Assembly: GCA_048500095.1 (NCBI GenBank)
Contig: JASNYQ010000003.1
Location: 77,510-141,509 of the forward strand
Direction of reading: 5' to 3'
Source: Thermoanaerobaculia bacterium
GTDB taxonomy: Bacteria; Acidobacteriota; Thermoanaerobaculia; Multivoradales; JAGPDF01
Length of the DNA stretch: 64,000 nt
Under the pieces are notes generated by a model that was given only the letters and a program-made list of their open reading frames with translations, ran no database searches and was not told the DNA's origin. Within the stretch, counting starts at the first letter, position 1. Every line of letters begins with the position of its first letter. Below, piece by piece: positions 18,204 through 27,414 of the stretch. A program made the translations under genes and the position numbers.

Positions 18204-18650
18204 ATGGGAACGGCCACGAAGACCCCGGAGCGACTCAGTGTGTTCGGCGATCCGGCGGTGTCGCCGACCGACGACGAGGTCCGCGCCGCTCTCGGGCCGG
18301 CCGTCGCCGCCTGGATGGCGCTGATCGAGCACGTCACCCGCACCTACCCGCCCGCGAGCCACGCCTGGAACTTCGCGGGCGCCAGATACGGCTGGTCGCT
18401 CCGCCTGCGGCAGGCAGAGAGGGTCGTGCTCTACCTCATCCCGCAGCGAGGCCGGTTCCTCGTCGGCATCGTCCTGGGCGCCAGCGCGGTGGCGGCCTCC
18501 CGGGAGGCCGACCTTCCCGCGGATGTGCGGCGCACGATCGCGGAGGCGCCGCGATACAGCGAAGGCACCGGTGTTCGCCTCGCCGTCTCGTCGGAGGACG
18601 AGCTCGCGGCGATCACGGCCCTGGCCGCCCTCAAGATGGCGCGGCGTTGA
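18204..18650 (+). CDS. DUF3788 domain-containing protein
   Basis: ATG 18204 preceded by GGAAGGAGAG. WNFAGARYGWSLRLRQAERVVLYLIPQRGRFLVGIVLG matches my recollection of the DUF3788 pattern. Confidence 0.7.
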   Translation: MGTATKTPERLSVFGDPAVSPTDDEVRAALGPAVAAWMALIEHVTRTYPPASHAWNFAGARYGWSLRLRQAERVVLYLIPQRGRFLVGIVLGASAVAASREADLPADVRRTIAEAPRYSEGTGVRLAVSSEDELAAITALAALKMARR

Positions 18651-18782
18651 CGGGCCTGCGCCGGCCACCCCCGGACGTGCGGGCGGGCGACCCGGGAGGA
18701 CGGAGCGCGAGCCCGGGACCAGAGGTGCCGCGGTGACCTGCCCCCGAGCGGCGGCAGAGAGACCGCAGGAACGCCGGCCGGC

Positions 18783-18920
18783 TCAGACGAGCGCGCGGCC
18801 CGGCACGTCCTCGAAGTCCGCGCGGTTCAGGGTCCAGAGCGCGGCGCCGCGCGCCAGGGCGCAGGCGGCGATCGCGAGGTCGAGCTCGCGGCCGCGGGGG
18901 CGGGCTCGCGGGCAGGAGCG
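18783..18920 (-). pseudogene. PIN-domain (VapC-like) toxin, C-terminal fragment only
   Basis: The tail of track ORF 18783..19364 reads RGRELDLAIAACALARGAALWTLNRADFEDVPGRALV. This is the conserved last strand-helix of VapC (D..IAA.A...G..L.T.N..DF..VPG). No N-terminal PIN residues and no start codon. Confidence 0.5.
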
Positions 18921-18969
18921 GCGCGACGCCGTGAGGCCGGGCCGGGGCGGGCCCTTGGGCGGGTCCGCC

Positions 18970-19569
18970 TCAGCCGCGGCGCTCGGCGGCGAGCTCTTCG
19001 AGAGCGTCGCGGCGCAGGCCGGGGAGCGAGCGGCGCAGCTCCGGGCGGAGAGCCGCCTCGAGCCGGAGGTAGTCGTCCTCCGCGAGCGGCTTGAGGAGGG
19101 CGACCACGTCGGCGAGGTCCTGGTGGCGGCCGGCGGTGAGCTTGAGGTCCACGAGCGCGGGCAGCGCGACGACGTCCGGCTCCCGCTCGCTGCGGCCGAG
19201 GCTGCGGGGATCGGGGTAGGGCGGGACGCCGGGTCGCGGGCGAGCCTCGCCGGCGAAGAGGAGGTCGACCTCGGCGCCGGTGGCGCGGTGGCGGAGGCGG
19301 TGCTCCGCGAGGCGCAGGAAGCCCGCGCGCTCCAGCTCCGGCAGCGCCCGCACCAACTCCTCACGCCCCACGAGCAGGTCGAGGTCGCGGGTGGTCCGGA
19401 GGTAGCCGTGGTGGATCACCGCCAGCCCGCCGACCAGGGCGTAGGGGACCGCGGCCCGCCCGAGGGCCTCCCGCAGGGCGGCGAGGGCCTCGTCGAAGGC
19501 GGGCAGGTCCGGGCGCATGGCGCGGGCGAAGGCGGTCACCCCGGCGAGCGCCGCCGCGGTGCTCTCCAT
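18970..19569 (-). CDS. Nucleotidyltransferase-fold protein (MNT/AbiEii-like), function unknown
   Basis: Start at MESTAAAL (ATG 19569). VPYALVGGLAVIHHGYLRTTRDLDLLV is the G-G...D-x-D minimal NTase core. About 199 aa. Confidence 0.7.
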   Translation of the reverse strand: MESTAAALAGVTAFARAMRPDLPAFDEALAALREALGRAAVPYALVGGLAVIHHGYLRTTRDLDLLVGREELVRALPELERAGFLRLAEHRLRHRATGAEVDLLFAGEARPRPGVPPYPDPRSLGRSEREPDVVALPALVDLKLTAGRHQDLADVVALLKPLAEDDYLRLEAALRPELRRSLPGLRRDALEELAAERRG

Positions 19570-19651
19570 GCGGGCATTGTACGGCAGGGGCTCGGGCCCG
19601 CTCCGGGGCGCCCTCCCCGTCCCCGCGCCCCCTGTGGTAGACAAGGGCGCG

Positions 19652-20203
19652 ATGCCGATCTACGAGTTCTACTGCCCCGACTGCCACACGGTCTTCAGCT
19701 TCTTCTCCGCCACCGTGAACACCGAGGCGCGGCCGGCCTGCCCGGCTTGCGGGCGGCCGGAGCTGGGGCGGCGGCCCTCGCGCTTCGCGACCGTCCGGGC
19801 CGGGCGCGCGGGCGGGGAGGGGGAGGAGGAGAGCGGGGGCGGCGAGCTCTTCCCGGGCATGGACGAGCAGCGGATGGAGCGGGCGATGGAGCAGCTCGCC
19901 GGGGAGATGGGGGAGCTCGGGGGCCTCGACGGCTCCGATGACGCCGCGCCCGACCCGCGGCAGATCGCGCGCTTCATGCGCCGCTTCGGGGAGGTCGCGG
20001 GGCTCGAGCCGGGGCCGAAGCTCCAGGAGATGATCCGCAAGCTCGAGAGCGGCGCCGATCCCGACTCGCTCGAGGACGACTTCCCGGAGGACGGGGAGGA
20101 CGACGCGGCGGCGTTCGCCGAGCTCTTCCAGATCAAGAAGGCGGGGGGGAAGGGCGCCCGCCGCGGCCGGCCCCGGGTCGACGAGACCCTCCACTTCCTG
20201 TGA
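19652..20203 (+). CDS. FmdB-family zinc-ribbon protein with long acidic C-terminal region
   Basis: MPIYEFYCPDCHTVFSFF...RPACPACG (CxxC...CxxC, FmdB/CxxC_CXXC_SSSS pattern). ATG 19652. Confidence 0.8.
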   Translation: MPIYEFYCPDCHTVFSFFSATVNTEARPACPACGRPELGRRPSRFATVRAGRAGGEGEEESGGGELFPGMDEQRMERAMEQLAGEMGELGGLDGSDDAAPDPRQIARFMRRFGEVAGLEPGPKLQEMIRKLESGADPDSLEDDFPEDGEDDAAAFAELFQIKKAGGKGARRGRPRVDETLHFL

Positions 20204-20739
20204 ACGGGTCGCTGGAGAACACCCCGCTCTTCCTCGAGCGCCAGTGGCTGCCCACCTGGGCCCTGGTGCTGATCGTCGCGGCGCCGCTGCCGGTGCTCGC
20301 CTCGCTCCTGGCAGTCGCCTCGCGGGAGCCCGGCCCGGCGCGCACCGAGGCCCTCTGGGCGGCGGGGGTGGGGATCGGCGTCTGCGCGCTGGTCCTCGTG
20401 CTCGTCGGCTCGATGCGCACCCGGGTCGACACGAGCGGGCTGCTCGTCACCTTCGGCTTCCCCGGGTGGCTGCGCTTCCGCTTCCGGCGCGAGGAGATCG
20501 AGGCCGCCGGGGCGCGCCGCTACCGGCCGATCCGGGAGTTCGGGGGCTGGGGGATCCGCGGCCTGGGGGCGAAGCGGGCCCTCAACATGCGGGGCGACGA
20601 GGGGGTGGAGCTCACGGTGCGCCGGAAGGGCCGGACCGGCACGGTGATGATCGGCAGCCAGCGCCCGCGGGAGCTGGAGCACGCCCTGCGCCTCCTCGAG
20701 ATCCCGCCCCCCGAGGGGCGAGCGCTCGACCCCGTCTGA
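20200..20739 (+). CDS. Hypothetical membrane protein (2 TM + beta-rich, PH-like C-terminal domain by inference)
   Basis: GTG 20200 overlaps the FmdB-gene stop (GTGA). TM helices WALVLIVAAPLPVLASLLAV and ALWAAGVGIGVCALVLVLVG. Confidence 0.55.
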   Translation: MNGSLENTPLFLERQWLPTWALVLIVAAPLPVLASLLAVASREPGPARTEALWAAGVGIGVCALVLVLVGSMRTRVDTSGLLVTFGFPGWLRFRFRREEIEAAGARRYRPIREFGGWGIRGLGAKRALNMRGDEGVELTVRRKGRTGTVMIGSQRPRELEHALRLLEIPPPEGRALDPV

Positions 20740-20878
20740 CCCCCCGAAGTCGCCGGGCCGTCACCCCGGACGGGCTCCCGCCCGGCTCCCGGACGGGTAG
20801 AATCCGAAAGTTCTCGCACCGCCGGCGCCGCCCCGTCCCCGGGACCCCGCCCGCTGCCGCTCTCTGGAGGGAAACCAC

Positions 20879-23800
20879 GTGAAAACCCGCCTGCTCGTCC
20901 TGTTCGCCCTGCTCGCTCTGTTGCCGGCGTTCGCTCACGGCCAGTGCGTGAGCATCACCAGCGGAGGGACCCCGTTCTCCGAGAACTTCGACACGCTGGC
21001 GAACACCGGCACCTCGAGCACCACCCCGGCCGGCTGGTACTTCGCCGAGACGGGCACGAACGCGAACACGACTTACACCGCGGGGACCGGCTCGGGTACC
21101 GCCGGGGATACGTACAGCTTCGGGGCGGCAGGGAACTCGGAAAGGGCCTTCGGTGGGCTGCTCAGCGGGACCCTGACGCCGACGATCGGGGCCTGCTTCA
21201 CGAACAATACCGGCGCACCGATCGGCTCGCTAGCCATCGCGTACACCGGCGAGCTGTGGCGCTTGGGCGCGGCCGGTCGTACCGACCGCCTCGACTTCCA
21301 GTACAGCCTCGACGCGACGTCGCTTCTGGCGGTTGCCACCTGGGTCGATGTCGACACCCTCGACTTCACCACCCCGAACACGACCGGTACGGCCGGCGCC
21401 CGCAACGGCAACGATCCCGCCTATCGCACGGCGATCAGCCAGTCGATCGGCTCGCTCGCCATCGCCAACGGAGCGACCTTCTGGATCCGGTGGACGGAGT
21501 TCAATCCCACCGGAGCGGACGACGGGCTGGCGGTCGACGATTTTTCCCTCACCGCCACGCTGGCGGGTGATGCGGCCCCCTCCGTCGACTCCACCGTCCC
21601 CGCCAACGGCGCCACCGGCGTGGCGATCGACGCGAACCTCACGATCACCTTCAGCGAGGCGGTGAACGTCGCGGGGACGTGGTTCACGATCTCCTGCTCG
21701 AGCTCGGGGGCGCATGCGGCGGCGGTCTCCGGCGGGCCGGTCACCTTCGTCCTCGACCCGACGGTCGACTTCGCGAACTCCGAGACCTGCACCGCGACCG
21801 TCGTCGCGGCGCAGGTGACCGACCAGGACGCGAACGATCCGCCGGACAACATGGCGGCGGACTACGTCTGGTCGTTCACCACCCTGAGCCTGGCCTCGAT
21901 CTCGATCGAGAAGTCGACGAACGGCCAGGACGCCGACACGCCGCCGGGGCCGACCATCCCGGTGGGGGCGCCGGTCGTCTGGACCTACGTGGTCACGAAC
22001 ACCGGCGCCGACCAGCTCACCGGCATCACCGTGACCGACGACCAGGGCGTGACCGTCACCTGCCCGGCCACCGCGCTCGCCGCCGGGGAGTCGATGACCT
22101 GCACCGGCAACGGCGTCGCCGGCGCCGGACAGTACGCGAACGTCGGCACCGCCACCGGCACGCCGCCGTCGGGCCCGGCGGTGAGCGACACCGACCCCAG
22201 CCACTACTTCGGGGCGACGTTCGTGATCAACGAGATCCACGCCGACCCGCACTCGACCCAGGGCGACGCCAACGGCGACGGGGTGGTGAGCGCGACCGAC
22301 GACGAGTTCGTGGAGCTGGTCAACGCCACCGCCGGGCCGATCGACATCTCCGGCTGGACGCTCTCCGACGCCGTCGGAGTCCGCCACACCTTCCCGGCCG
22401 GCACGGTGGTGCCGGGCGGCTGCGCGGCGGTGGTCTTCGGCGGCGGGGGCCTCGTCGCCTACTTCGGCGGCAGCGTCGCCCAGGTCGCCTCGAGCGGCAC
22501 GCTCGGCCTGAACAACACCAACGAGACCGTCACCCTGCGCGATGGCGCCTCTGCGATCGTGGCCGCCGCGGCCTACGCCGCCGAGGGGGGCAACGACCAG
22601 TCGATCACCCTGGTGCCGGACGTGACCGGCACCCTCCCCTGGGTGCAGCACACGACCGCCCCCGGCTCGGGCGGCCTGCGCTACTCGCCGGGACGGAGGG
22701 TCGACCGCACCCTCTTCGGCGGCTGCGGCGCGCCGCCGCTCTCCTTCGTGCACGACGTCCAGGGGGCGGGCGCGGTCTCGCCGCTCGCCGGCCTGCCGGT
22801 GCGCGTCGAGGGCGTGGTGACCGGCCTGAAGTCGAACGGCTTCTTCCTCCAGGAGGAGGTGAGCGACTACGACGCCGACCCCGCCACCTCCGAGGGGATC
22901 TACGTCTTCACCAGCTTCGCCCCGCCGGCGGCGGTCGCGGTCGGCAACGTGGTGAGCGTGGTCGGCGTGGTGGCCGAGTACGTACCGTCGGCCGACCCGC
23001 TGCAGCCGCCGCTGACCGAGATCGTCACCCCCGGCATCACCTTCGTCTCCGCCGGCAACCCGCTCCCGACACCGGTCATCCTCCTCACCATCTTCCCCGA
23101 CCCCGCCGGGCCGTTCGACCAGCTCGAGCGGTACGAGGGGATGCGGGTGTCGGTCCCGTCGATGACGGTGGTCGCCCCCACGCGGGGGAACATCTCCGAG
23201 CCGAACGCCACCGCCACCGGCAACGGCATCTTCTCCGGTGTCGTCACCGGCGTGGCGCGGCCGTTCCGCGAGACCGGCATCCAGCAGCCGGACCACGGCC
23301 TCTGGCCGGCGCCACCGACCGTGCCGATGTGGGACAACAACCCGGAGACAATCACCGTGGACAGCGACGCCCTCGGCGGCCCGCAGCTCGACGTGGGCAC
23401 CGGCGCCGTCGTCACCGGCCTCGTCGGCCCGCTCGACTACGGCTTCCGGCGCTACACGCTGCTCCCCGACCCGGGGCTCACGCTGGGGATCACCGGCGGC
23501 CCGGCGCCGGCCGCGGTGACGCCTCCCGGGGCGGGCGAGATCACGGTCGCCACCTACAACGTGCAGCGCTTCTTCGACACCGTCAACGACCCGGCGACCT
23601 CGGATCCGGTGCTCACCCCGGCCGCCTTCGACCTCCGGCTGGCGAAGCTCTCCGACGGGGTGCGCAACTACCTCCGCTTCCCGGACGTCCTCGGGCTGCA
23701 GGAGGTCGAGAACCTGACGACCCTGCAGGCGATCGCGGCGCGGATCAGCGCCGACGCCGTGGGCGCCGGCCAGGGCGACCCGCTCTACGTCGCCTACCTC

Positions 23801-25888
23801 TCGGAGGGCAACGACATCGGCGGCATCGACGTCGGCTTCCTGGTCAAGACGGCGCAGGTCGCGCCGGGGGTGCCCCGCGTCTCCGGCATCGCGGTGACGC
23901 AGGTCGGCCTCAACGGGCCGGGCGCAGAGTGGGACGACCCGGGCGACGGGCTCAACGGCGTGCTCGTGCCGTTCAACGACCGCCCGCCGCTGGTCCTCGT
24001 GGCGACCGTGAACGCGGCCAACGGGGCCACCTTCCCGCTCACCGTGATCGCCAACCACCTGCGCTCGTTCGGCGACGTCGGCGACCCGACGCCACTCACC
24101 CCGCCGGGGGTGGGAACGGCCAGCCAGCGGGCCGAGCGGAAGCGGCTGCTGCAGGCGCAGTACCTCGCGAACCTGGTGCAGACGCGGCAGAGCGCCAACC
24201 CGGCGGAGCGGATCGTGGTGATCGGCGACATGAACGCCTACGAGTTCAGCGACGGCTTCGTCGACTCGCTCGGCACCATCGCTGGCACCCCGGTGCCCGA
24301 CGACCAGACGATCGTCCCGGGCGACGGCACCGACCTCGTGAACCCGGACCTCGTCAACCTGCTCTCGACCGCCCCCGCGGCCGAGCGCTACTCCTACTCC
24401 TTCGACGGCCAGGCGCAGACGATCGACCACGTGCTCGTCAACGCCGTGACCGTGACCGACACCGCGGCCCGCCGCATCGAGCACGCGCGCATCAACGCCG
24501 ATTTCCCGGAGGTGGTGCGCGACGACGCCCCCGACGCGCGGCGGCTCTCCGACCACGACCCGGTGGTCCTCTACCTCGCGCCGCTCGGCTTCGCCACGGC
24601 GGATCTCTCGATCGCCAAGACCGACGCCCCCGACCCGGTGGTCGCGGGCACGAACCTCACCTACACGATCACGGTCGGCAACGCCGGGCCGGATCCGGGG
24701 ACCACCATCACCTGGGCCGACACCCTGCCGACGAACACCACCTTCGTTTCGCTGACTTCGCCCGCCGGCTGGACCTGCACGACGCCCGCGGTCGGCGCCG
24801 CCGGCACCGTCACCTGCGGCGTGCCGGCGCTCGCCGTCGGCTCCGCCGCCTTCACCCTGGTGGTGAACGTGGCGCCGACGGTGGCGACCGGCACGGTGAT
24901 CTCGAACATCGCGGCGATCACCGGCGCGAGCTCGACCGACCCGAATCCCGGCAACAACAGCGCCACCGCCACCACCACGGCGCGGAGCGAGGCGAACTTC
25001 GCGCTGACGAAGGCGGCCTCGCCCGAGCCGGTGACGGTGGGCAACCTCCTCACCTACACCCTCACCGTCGTCAACCCCGGCCCGAGCCACCTGCTGGGCG
25101 CGAGCCTGACCGACCCGCTGCCCGCCGGGCTGGCGCTCCAGTCGGTCAACGCGCCGGCAGGGTGGAGCTGCGCCGGGGCGGTGACCTGCACCAACCCGTC
25201 GGTGCCGGTCGGCGCGCACGTGATCACGATCGCGGCGCTCGTCGACCCGGCGCTCGCGGGCGGCACGGTCCTCACCAACACGGCGCTCCTCGCCGCCGCG
25301 ACGCTCGACCCGGTCCCGGGCGACACGCAGCCGTCCGCGACCTCCACGGTGGTGGCGCCGGTCGCCTTCACCGCCACCAAGTCGGTGGCCGGGAGCTTCG
25401 GGCCGGGCGGGATCGTCACCTACACGATCGCGCTCACCAACGCCGGGCCGGGGAGTCAGCCCGACCTCGCCGGCGACGAGCTGGTGGACGTGCTGCCGGC
25501 CGAGCTCGCGCTGCTCTCGGCGAGCGCGGACAGCGGCACCGCGGTGGCGGATCCGCCGAGCGGGACGGTGACCTGGAACGGCGCGCTCGCGGCCGGCGCC
25601 ACGGTCACGATCACGATCCAGGCCCGGATCGGGCTGCTGATCCCGACCGGGACCGTGATCGCGAACCAGGCGACGTTCTTCTTCGACGGCGACGGCAACG
25701 GCACGCCGGAGGCGTCGGGGGTGAGCGACGACCCGGGCGTGGGCGGCGCGGCGGACCCGACCGAGTTCGAGGTCGGGCAGGAGTCGGTGCTGGAGATCCC
25801 GGCCCTCGGTCCGGCGGGCCTGGCGCTCCTGGCGCTCCTGCTCGCAGCGGCCGCGGCGGTCCTGCTGCGGCGGCGCCGCACCGCCTGA
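20879..25888 (+). CDS. ExeM/NucH-family extracellular nuclease, giant multidomain form with IPTL-CTERM-like sorting tail
   Basis: 1669 aa. Signal peptide MKTRLLVLFALLALLPAFAHG. Lamin-tail domain (FVINEIHADP...DDEFVELVN, ~22220). Endonuclease/exonuclease/phosphatase domain (ITVATYNVQRFFD ~23540 to LSDHDPVVLYL ~24580). Several DUF11-type repeats (LSIAKTDAPDPVVAGTNLTYTITVGNAGPD etc.). C-terminus VLEIPALGPAGLALLALLLAAAAAVLLRRRRTA. Confidence 0.9.
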   Translation: MKTRLLVLFALLALLPAFAHGQCVSITSGGTPFSENFDTLANTGTSSTTPAGWYFAETGTNANTTYTAGTGSGTAGDTYSFGAAGNSERAFGGLLSGTLTPTIGACFTNNTGAPIGSLAIAYTGELWRLGAAGRTDRLDFQYSLDATSLLAVATWVDVDTLDFTTPNTTGTAGARNGNDPAYRTAISQSIGSLAIANGATFWIRWTEFNPTGADDGLAVDDFSLTATLAGDAAPSVDSTVPANGATGVAIDANLTITFSEAVNVAGTWFTISCSSSGAHAAAVSGGPVTFVLDPTVDFANSETCTATVVAAQVTDQDANDPPDNMAADYVWSFTTLSLASISIEKSTNGQDADTPPGPTIPVGAPVVWTYVVTNTGADQLTGITVTDDQGVTVTCPATALAAGESMTCTGNGVAGAGQYANVGTATGTPPSGPAVSDTDPSHYFGATFVINEIHADPHSTQGDANGDGVVSATDDEFVELVNATAGPIDISGWTLSDAVGVRHTFPAGTVVPGGCAAVVFGGGGLVAYFGGSVAQVASSGTLGLNNTNETVTLRDGASAIVAAAAYAAEGGNDQSITLVPDVTGTLPWVQHTTAPGSGGLRYSPGRRVDRTLFGGCGAPPLSFVHDVQGAGAVSPLAGLPVRVEGVVTGLKSNGFFLQEEVSDYDADPATSEGIYVFTSFAPPAAVAVGNVVSVVGVVAEYVPSADPLQPPLTEIVTPGITFVSAGNPLPTPVILLTIFPDPAGPFDQLERYEGMRVSVPSMTVVAPTRGNISEPNATATGNGIFSGVVTGVARPFRETGIQQPDHGLWPAPPTVPMWDNNPETITVDSDALGGPQLDVGTGAVVTGLVGPLDYGFRRYTLLPDPGLTLGITGGPAPAAVTPPGAGEITVATYNVQRFFDTVNDPATSDPVLTPAAFDLRLAKLSDGVRNYLRFPDVLGLQEVENLTTLQAIAARISADAVGAGQGDPLYVAYLSEGNDIGGIDVGFLVKTAQVAPGVPRVSGIAVTQVGLNGPGAEWDDPGDGLNGVLVPFNDRPPLVLVATVNAANGATFPLTVIANHLRSFGDVGDPTPLTPPGVGTASQRAERKRLLQAQYLANLVQTRQSANPAERIVVIGDMNAYEFSDGFVDSLGTIAGTPVPDDQTIVPGDGTDLVNPDLVNLLSTAPAAERYSYSFDGQAQTIDHVLVNAVTVTDTAARRIEHARINADFPEVVRDDAPDARRLSDHDPVVLYLAPLGFATADLSIAKTDAPDPVVAGTNLTYTITVGNAGPDPGTTITWADTLPTNTTFVSLTSPAGWTCTTPAVGAAGTVTCGVPALAVGSAAFTLVVNVAPTVATGTVISNIAAITGASSTDPNPGNNSATATTTARSEANFALTKAASPEPVTVGNLLTYTLTVVNPGPSHLLGASLTDPLPAGLALQSVNAPAGWSCAGAVTCTNPSVPVGAHVITIAALVDPALAGGTVLTNTALLAAATLDPVPGDTQPSATSTVVAPVAFTATKSVAGSFGPGGIVTYTIALTNAGPGSQPDLAGDELVDVLPAELALLSASADSGTAVADPPSGTVTWNGALAAGATVTITIQARIGLLIPTGTVIANQATFFFDGDGNGTPEASGVSDDPGVGGAADPTEFEVGQESVLEIPALGPAGLALLALLLAAAAAVLLRRRRTA

Positions 25889-25907
25889 GCGGCGGCCGGC
25901 AGGCACG

Positions 25908-25947
25908 GCGGCCCGGATCGTTCCGCGATCCGGGCCGCTTCCTCTCT
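25908..25947 (+). terminator. Rho-independent terminator between convergent genes
   Basis: Perfect 13-bp stem gcggcccggatcg / cgatccgggccgc (25908-25920 / 25926-25938), a 5-nt loop, then ttcctctct. It lies 20 nt after the nuclease stop. Confidence 0.65.
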
Positions 25948-25955
25948 GGAGGAGC

Positions 25956-27407
25956 TCAGCGCAGCGCGGGCGGGAGCGCTGAGGCGCCGGGCGCGGCGGT
26001 GGCCGGCGGCCGCGCCTCCGGGTAGCGCTCGGCGAGGAGGGTCTCGAGGCAGTCGCCCACGAGCTCGGCGAGCGGCGTCTCGAGATCGCGGCCGGCCTCC
26101 GGCTCGCCGCGCCCCGCGGCCTTCCAGAGCCGCCGCAGCTCCCCCTCGCGCGCCGCGAGCGCCGCTTCCACCGGCTCCACCCAGCTCTCCGGCTCGGCCA
26201 GCTCGCGCAGCTCGCCGCGCCCGCGCCCCCAGTGCGCCACCGCGAGGTAGCGCAGGAGCGCCTGCCGGGCGAGGCCGTCGAGGAACGGCGCGGCCCAGGA
26301 GACCTGCGGCGCGCCGCCGAGTTGCACGAGCTCGGCGGCGCGCGAGAGGCCGGCGCCCCCGAGCGCGCCGAGCAGCGCCCCGGCCACGAGCCCGCCGCCG
26401 AAGGTGAGACCGCCGGCGAGGAGGTCGGCCGCGAGGCCCCCCATCGCCCCCGAGACGGCCCCGCCGAGGAGTGCCCCCTTCTGGGGGGTGAGCTCGACCG
26501 TGCCGCGCTCCGCGAGATCGCCGAGGCGCCGCTCGAGCGCCGCGGGGGGGTCGCCGGCGATCCCGTGGAGGGCGAGGAGGCGGGCCATCAGCTCCCGGGT
26601 CGACCGCTCGAGCCGGCGCCCGAGCGCGTCGAGCGCGCGGCGCTTCTCGAGCCGCCCGGCGCGCGGGCCGGAGAGCGGTTGGCGCGCCGCGGCCGCACCG
26701 GCGAGGTAGGCGGCGAGCGCGCCCACCGCCTCGCGGAAGCGCGCCCACCCCGCGGCGTCCCAGGCGCGGGCGAGTTCGGCCATCGCCGCCCGCTTCTCCG
26801 GGGCGAGGAGCGGGGCGAGGCGGGCGAAGAGGACCGTCTCCTCGACCCAGCAGCGGGTGAAGGCATCGAGGGGGAGGACTCCCCCGACGATCGGCCAGGG
26901 GGCGGCGAACCGCTCCCAGGCGGTCGCGAGGCGCGCGAGCTCGGCGCCCTCGCCCGCCCCGGTCTGGTTGAGCAGCAGCAGCACCGGCCGGCCGATCCAG
27001 GCGAGGAGGTCGAGCTCGTGGCGGACGTAGCCGAGGGCCCCCGGCTCCTCGGTGGCGTTGACGAGGTAGAGGACGGCGTCGGAGCGCTCCTGCACGTGCC
27101 GGGCCGCCTGCTGCGAGGCCCAGAGGCCGCGGTCGCGGAAACGGTCCCAGACCTGGGCCCAGAGCCAGCCGAGCGGCCGCTCCTGGGCACGGAGCAGGCC
27201 GAGCAGCCGCGCCGTGTCGCCGAAGCCGGGGGTGTCCCAGAGCAGCAGCCGGTGGTCGCCGGCGGCGGCGAGCGCGAACTCCTCGGCCCGCTCCGTGACG
27301 TGCGGGGCGTCGCGGACCTCGCCCACGTCGCGCTGGAGCAGGGTGCGGGCGAGCGCGGTCTTGCCGACGTTGGTGTGGGAGACGAGGGAGAGGTGGATCT
27401 CGGTCAC
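25956..27407 (-). CDS. GTPase / DUF3482 domain-containing protein
   Basis: 483 aa. G1 SHTNVGKTALARTLL, G3 WDTPGFGD and NQTG (a variant of NKxD). The C-terminal half has glycine-rich hydrophobic helices (GGAVSGAMGGLAADLLAGGLTFGGGLVAGALLGALGGAG). Confidence 0.8.
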   Translation of the reverse strand: MTEIHLSLVSHTNVGKTALARTLLQRDVGEVRDAPHVTERAEEFALAAAGDHRLLLWDTPGFGDTARLLGLLRAQERPLGWLWAQVWDRFRDRGLWASQQAARHVQERSDAVLYLVNATEEPGALGYVRHELDLLAWIGRPVLLLLNQTGAGEGAELARLATAWERFAAPWPIVGGVLPLDAFTRCWVEETVLFARLAPLLAPEKRAAMAELARAWDAAGWARFREAVGALAAYLAGAAAARQPLSGPRAGRLEKRRALDALGRRLERSTRELMARLLALHGIAGDPPAALERRLGDLAERGTVELTPQKGALLGGAVSGAMGGLAADLLAGGLTFGGGLVAGALLGALGGAGLSRAAELVQLGGAPQVSWAAPFLDGLARQALLRYLAVAHWGRGRGELRELAEPESWVEPVEAALAAREGELRRLWKAAGRGEPEAGRDLETPLAELVGDCLETLLAERYPEARPPATAAPGASALPPALR

Positions 27408-27414
27408 GGGCCGC

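Noticed and set aside
21230-25906. 1558-aa minus-strand ORF and the 1448-aa + strand ORF 21679..26025 overlapping the nuclease gene
   Set aside because: Only the 20879..25888 frame yields a signal peptide, LTD, EEP and DUF11 motifs. The other two frames are Arg/Gly/Pro-rich with no motifs.
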